Of a DNA stretch of 64,000 nt, positions 58,237 to 64,000 are shown in pieces. Position numbers and translations under genes: made by a program. Source of the DNA: Gordius albopunctatus (lineage: Eukaryota); contig OZ193909.1 of assembly GCA_964276515.1 (NCBI GenBank), positions 15,624,001-15,688,000 of the forward strand. Direction: 5' to 3'. How positions within the stretch are numbered: the stretch's first letter is position 1; every line of letters begins with the position of its first letter. The notes under the pieces are model-generated. The model saw nothing but the letters and a program-made list of their open reading frames with translations, searched no databases and was not told the origin of the DNA.

Positions 58237-61200
58237 TAGCTGTTAAGCTGGTGAGGACGCGGTAGGGGCAGAAATTATGATCTGATGAGTTGAACCTTTC
58301 TTAAATTTATATATTTTGAGGTGTCGATATGCAGACTACGAGCCCTAGCCCAATAGTATGACGAAGTAATAATTGAACGGTTTCAAATCTCTTCTAAGAG
58401 CGAGGCTAGCCGAAAACGCATGACGATTAAAGTACTTAGCGGCTTGAATGACCTGGGTTTGATTTGGGGGTAAGTGGGTCTTAACCAAAGCTCATATAAG
58501 TAGAAGTGACGAGATGAAGTATTAACGAAGACATAAGTGGGGAGTGAGTGGTTAACTTAGTCCCTTCACATATAATAATTTTGCCGAGGGAAAGAAATTA
58601 CCAGGGTATTATAGGAGTAGCCGGGTCGTGTGAGTAATGCGGAAGGGGGGAAGCTTAAATATCTCGATTATGCTGTTGCAACGAAAATTCTCACTTTGAA
58701 ACAACATGCACATGCATATACCTTATATGACGCCTAAATCCCCTGGGAGCGACGAGACTTGTTGTGTGGAAGGGGGTAAGAGCCGTGAAATAGTATAACT
58801 AGGCATATACCGATAATGTCTAAAGAAGAGTATTCAGGACTGTGGGGGGGGGGGTGGGGGTTGACTAGTCCGAAGAATTTAAGTAAAGTCAGACTCGCAG
58901 GATCAAAATTTAGGCGGGATAGAATCATTACTAAAGTTTAAGCCTATAGACGAGGGAGCTCTAGGGTATTTCTTCTATATACGAGTTACTCATTGCTTAA
59001 CAGTTTATTTGTTTCTAATTAGGTTGTTGAGTATAATGTTATAGTCATAGTATAAATATGTGCCTGTGGGCTCAAAATTTCCACGCTGCTTTTTAATAAA
59101 CTAGTAAAGGACTCTAAAGAAACTAGGATAAATATAAAGGAGAAAGAAAAACATAAACCATATGTGTTATGCTTGGTAGTTCTTTGCCTATTATGTATTA
59201 AATATTTTGCTAGCTGGATTGTTAGGTATCAGGCGGACCCTTATGTGTGAAGACAATAGAGGGGGGGGGGCTTGACAAAAGGTTTTAAGCAAACTTGAGT
59301 GACATTGTATAAAATCGGTAAACGTATTGAAAATTATTGATTACATACGCACGTGTGTCCTTATGTCAGCATGTTATTATTATTTTTTTTTAATAACGGA
59401 GAACTGAGGGCAGGAGGGATGGAGTGAGATAGTCTTAGCGAGCAGAGAAAAATTAAGGGAGGCTAACTTAAAATTTGACATTGTCATAAGATAAACTTCC
59501 ACTAAGTTGATATAGTGTAAAAAACTTTTAATTAAAGTATTTTTTGTGAAAGAGAGTCATATGATGGTTACAAATTAAAAAATATTTTCCTGGTCAGCCT
59601 ATGGAATGTGTAATGACTTAAGGCATTTCAACTATAGTAAAATTACATAAGTAGTAAATGTATATTAAAATATTCAATGATAAATACTAATAAGCTTAAG
59701 TAGGGAATATAATATAGATATGCAAAATTAATTGAGTTAAGAGCAAATCATAAGGTATTGAATATATTGGCATAAAACAGTTTAAATTATTTTCAATAAT
59801 TTCACAGGCTCCAATTAAATACTAACAAAATTCCATTAAAATACGTAAGTTACCCTAAAAATGTATGGATGCTAATTTCCTATAAATATTATTCTAAATT
59901 TTGTATTCAGGTAAAATAAATATCCTAAAATGCTAACGGAACATCTTAATATTAGAGTTCACGGTTGGTAAATCAGCTAGTATTTATTTGGGGTTGGACA
60001 CTATGAGTTAGTTTGAATAAAGGTCTGGGCTTAAGGATGTTTAAATAATTTTTATACATTTGAGAGATAAATATGATGGTTAAGATATTAAATCTTCATA
60101 TCAAAATTGCATGCTATAGTATTTAAGTACTTTTTAATATTTATGTTCGAGCTAATATATAAATAGTTATCAATTATTTAAGAAAATATACAAAGATAAT
60201 CTTATATTATACTTTATTACTTTAATATTTACATTTTCAAAGTTTAATAAGAATAGTTGCAGTTTTACCTTTGGGCTTCATAATAGTTTTACCTTTTGCC
60301 AAATATTATTACATGTTCCTACTCCTTTTGTCGCTTCCAAGTAATCCTAGGGTTCCATATGCAGATGTGGTTAACACCAGATTTCATACAAAATTTTCCT
60401 AGAATCTTTGTAAACTTCTCCATAAAATTAAAATTGGCGTTTCGTTTAGGAATTGTGTATGTATGATTGACCCAGAGAACGGCCAGAGGACGAGGAGCTA
60501 GGGTTGTTAATAGGGAGCCTAGAGTGGGCGCTTGGTGTGCAGCAGCGCCAGAGAGATATGTGTTAGTAAACAGCGCGTGTGTAGTATGATGTACTCTACA
60601 CTGTACTCTTTTTTCCAGACATTGTGGGACGAATTTTGATAAGGGGAAGGGGTTTACGTAAACGCTTATAAATTTAAATATAGAGATGAAATAAAAAAAA
60701 TAAATTAATTCCAAGGGAGATGAGACTTAAATCTACACAAAAACACTAATTTTTTTCAATAAAAATCTAAAATGGCGTTGGTATTCAACTTCAAAATACC
60801 CCGAAAAGGCCATTTTTTACATATTTAACATGTTTATCTAAAAAACTGGACGTTTTGGGAAAAAACTAAAAACATATTTATGATCAGCGCAAAAATCTCT
60901 ATCAGGATTATTGGTCCGATTGCAGGATGGAATCACAAAGTCAAAATTTGTAAACTAGTGTTATTAGGCACAAAGTGAGTTTATACAAATAAATTAAAGC
61001 TCAAATGGATCCGGTAGATTGACAAGAAAATTTTTAATTTTTACAAAAACGGTATTGCCCCGATCCCAAATAATACTATACATATTTGATTGAAGCTGTC
61101 GTTTGGAAAGGTTTTAAATATATGACCATATACGATGTTGATTTAAAATTTAATTTAGCCCTTAATACCTCGTTGTGCAAAATGTAAATGCCAAAATTAC

Positions 61201-62125
61201 TTTTCATATAAATTTTAAAATAAAATGGGGGCGACCTCAATAACTCGAGGAAGAGCTATAAGGTTATTTTTTTAAATAAAATAGTTTATTTAATCATAAA
61301 AATACACAATTAAAAATGAAATTTTGATATAAAATAGCTTAACCTATCTCAATGTATAGGATGATCTGGAGTCTATGTATAATAAAATCGAATATAAATA
61401 AATTTTAGTTTTGACATATGAATTGGGCAAAAAGTTAAAAGGCACAAGCTATTTTTTCAATTATACAAAACACAGAAGACTACTTGACCTTCTAAAGGTC
61501 TATCATATTTGCATCTTGTAATTTAAAAGTGGAATCAAATCCATTTTAACACATAATACTCAAAAACTTTTTTAATCACAAAGTTTATTAATGCTAGCCA
61601 TTTATTTTCAATAAACATTTATCGTCAATTATAAGTTAAAATAGTTTAAAACTATAAATTACTGAAATCATATAGATGCAAATGGTTGCATATAGTATAA
61701 TTGAGTAAGCAGTAAAATATAAATATATTTATGCTCTAGGGTAAAAACTACAAATGGTTTAAAGGGTAAAAAAGCGGTAGGTGCTACTATATGATGTAAA
61801 AATGATGGTAAATAGCTGCAAAATTATGTAAAAAATTGTCAAAAAGTAAGGTGTAAGTAATCACAACGAAAGAGTGCTTGGGTAGAAATGCTTGAGAAAA
61901 TAATGATTAAAATACTGGAAACTTTTAAATGGTATTTATCACAAATGAAAACGCGATCTTTTCTCCATCTTCCCCTACTTTAGGTCATTTCAGACAATTT
62001 CTCAGTTTAAAAGTATGTAAAAAATTGAAAAGATTACATTGTATGATAGAAATGGAAATAAATTGATAATTATGAAAAAATGCGCTAAAGACATTTTCAA
62101 ATTCCGGTATCGAACCAATTGCCAG

Positions 62126-63029
62126 TTAAGAGCCTCCGTTGTGAATATTATTCATGACCTGCATGCCTGGGTGATGTTGCCCGCCCTGGTGTTGAGCTTG
62201 TTGTTCGTATGACATGGGCATGATCATGGCTTGACCTGTATGGAGGTAGGGCAAACAGTACTTTAAAATGATATATTAGTAATCTAATAAAATTAAACTT
62301 TTTTCGTCATTTAGCGGAGGAAAGCGGACGTCCCCCCTGGCTACGCCCATGTTAAGCTCCACAGATTATAAAGGGCTCCAAAACAATAAAAAAGTTTATA
62401 GGGGGAGGCATTTCGTAAAAAAGTAAAGGCTCTAAACATATTCACATCCTATTCTTTTTATTATTACCACTCACCCACCGCTAAAACGACACTGTTTTCA
62501 CAAGCAACACTTAGTATTTAAAGCAAAAAATATTCCTCGCTAACAACGAAACTTTCCAACTTATGAAAGCTTTTTTAAATATTCAGACACCTTATTTGTA
62601 ATTTTCCCAAAATGTCCATACCAATCAAAATGGTGTTTTGGCTAAATTACCTCCAGCATGTTGTTGATTGCCGAAGTGCACCAATGAGGGCGTCATAGGG
62701 GCGTGGTCGGGCGGTCCTCCTGGATGATCCGGATGCCAATTCTGAGCGGGTGCGGATTGGGGGGCCTGACCCCCACCGAAATGTTGCTGCTGAGGGTTAG
62801 AATGCTGATAGTGCTGACCGCCTCCCGCGTTAAAATGAGACGGAGCCGTGGGGTGGGGCTGTGAAGGATGAAATCCCCCATTACCCAAGGGCACGCCAAA
62901 CTGTGGGGGTGGAGCAACGGCTGAGGGTGGAGGGCGGGCGGATCCAGAAAGGGGCGGGCCACGCATCATCAGCATGTTAGATGGAGGTGGGTGGGGTGCG
63001 GGCGGTGGAGCAAAGTAATCAGAAGAGAC
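62126..63029 (-). CDS. Last two coding exons (63029-62651, 62235-62126) of a gene with a Pro/Gln/His/Gly-rich low-complexity C-terminus; upstream exons not identified
   Basis: TTTTTAG|VSSDYFAPPP...QQHAG G|GTAATT ... ATACAG|GT QAMIMPMSYEQQAQHQGGQHHPGMQVMNNIHNGGS*; phases are consistent; identity cannot be determined. Confidence 0.8.
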
Positions 63030-64000
63030 CTAAAAAGGTGAAAAATAGCGTAGATGCAACGCTAAATATTGACATCTAAACTCATTAAATTATTTTGGTA
63101 AGCTTGATTTAAAAATAAGTTTGACTGAGCCTATCAATAATATATAAAAGATTTTATACTCTTCCTCAAGTTATTAAGGCCACTGCTATCTTTGTACATA
63201 TAAAAATTTTGTAATTTATATGAAATGTTGTATTGGCAATTACGTTATTTGATATAATGAAACTGGTGTTAAACAATCCAATAAATTGCTCGATAAGGTT
63301 TTAAAAGATATGAGGGCCCAATAAAATTTTAAATAAATAAAGTATATGGTGTCCTTTATAATTAAGAGAGAGGGTTATATAAAATTATTTCAAATTGATA
63401 AGAAGAATAATAAATTTTTCTTTCAAATTTTGGCAATCTTAGGATATCGTCTATTTACACTTTTCCATATAATTTAGGGTTATGAACCGCTTTTTAATTA
63501 CCTATTTTTTAGTTCTAAAAACAAAATGTTAATTTTAGTAGTTCCTCGCTTTTAAATTCAGTGTATGTAAGCTAGTATTCCCATTAAATTTATGCAAAAT
63601 ACACTTTGTATTTTATAGGTAGGGAGAATTTTGAAGGGAATGCAAAAATATAAGAGGAGAGGATCTACATAGGAACGGTAAAGGCGAGAAGCCTAAAAAA
63701 TTCAACTAGGACACACTCACCAACGACCTTTTGTGGGTATATCTTGATAAAAACTAGGCAAATAGCGAGTTATCAAGAATTCACCCTCTGTTAAAATGTG
63801 TGTAACCGAAAAAAATTAGGTAAAATTTTAAAAGAAGCACACAACCACGTCAAACATGTTTTTCGTATATTTTACTTTTTGCTGCCTTATACCGTCTCTC
63901 GCTTAATTTGAAAATTTAATATTCATATATCTCCTAGCAAGGGCGTGGCGAGCATTCGAATTAAAGGGGGCACTAATAACTTGGGGGGGGGGGGTCAAAT

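Overview
AT-rich, transposon-dense animal (invertebrate-type) genomic DNA. I traced one complete 31-exon KDM5/lid histone H3K4 demethylase gene by hand (minus strand, 34918-17483, about 1874 aa, all introns GT-AG). The window also holds an orphan 339-aa ORF and the last two exons of a P/Q/H/G-rich gene at the right end. Two convergent U2 snRNA genes (10180-10364 +, 50978-51162 -) sit in an inverted duplication flanking KDM5. The remainder is nested mobile DNA: CRE-like and RTE-like non-LTR retrotransposons, hAT elements and MITEs with 8-bp TSDs, Helitrons, DINE-1/Helentron-like elements, Gypsy and pogo remnants, a foldback element and a tRNA-derived SINE. The most striking signal is that both U2 copies keep their stems, Sm site and promoter-like elements but replace the near-invariant branch-point recognition sequence (GUGUAGUAUCUG becomes GUGUAUAGUUCUG). 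Local introns also have atypical splice signals: +5G in only 8 of 30 donors, GTAAT dominant, weak pyrimidine tracts. Together these hint at a rewired or variant spliceosome. All coordinates and counts were done by eye.
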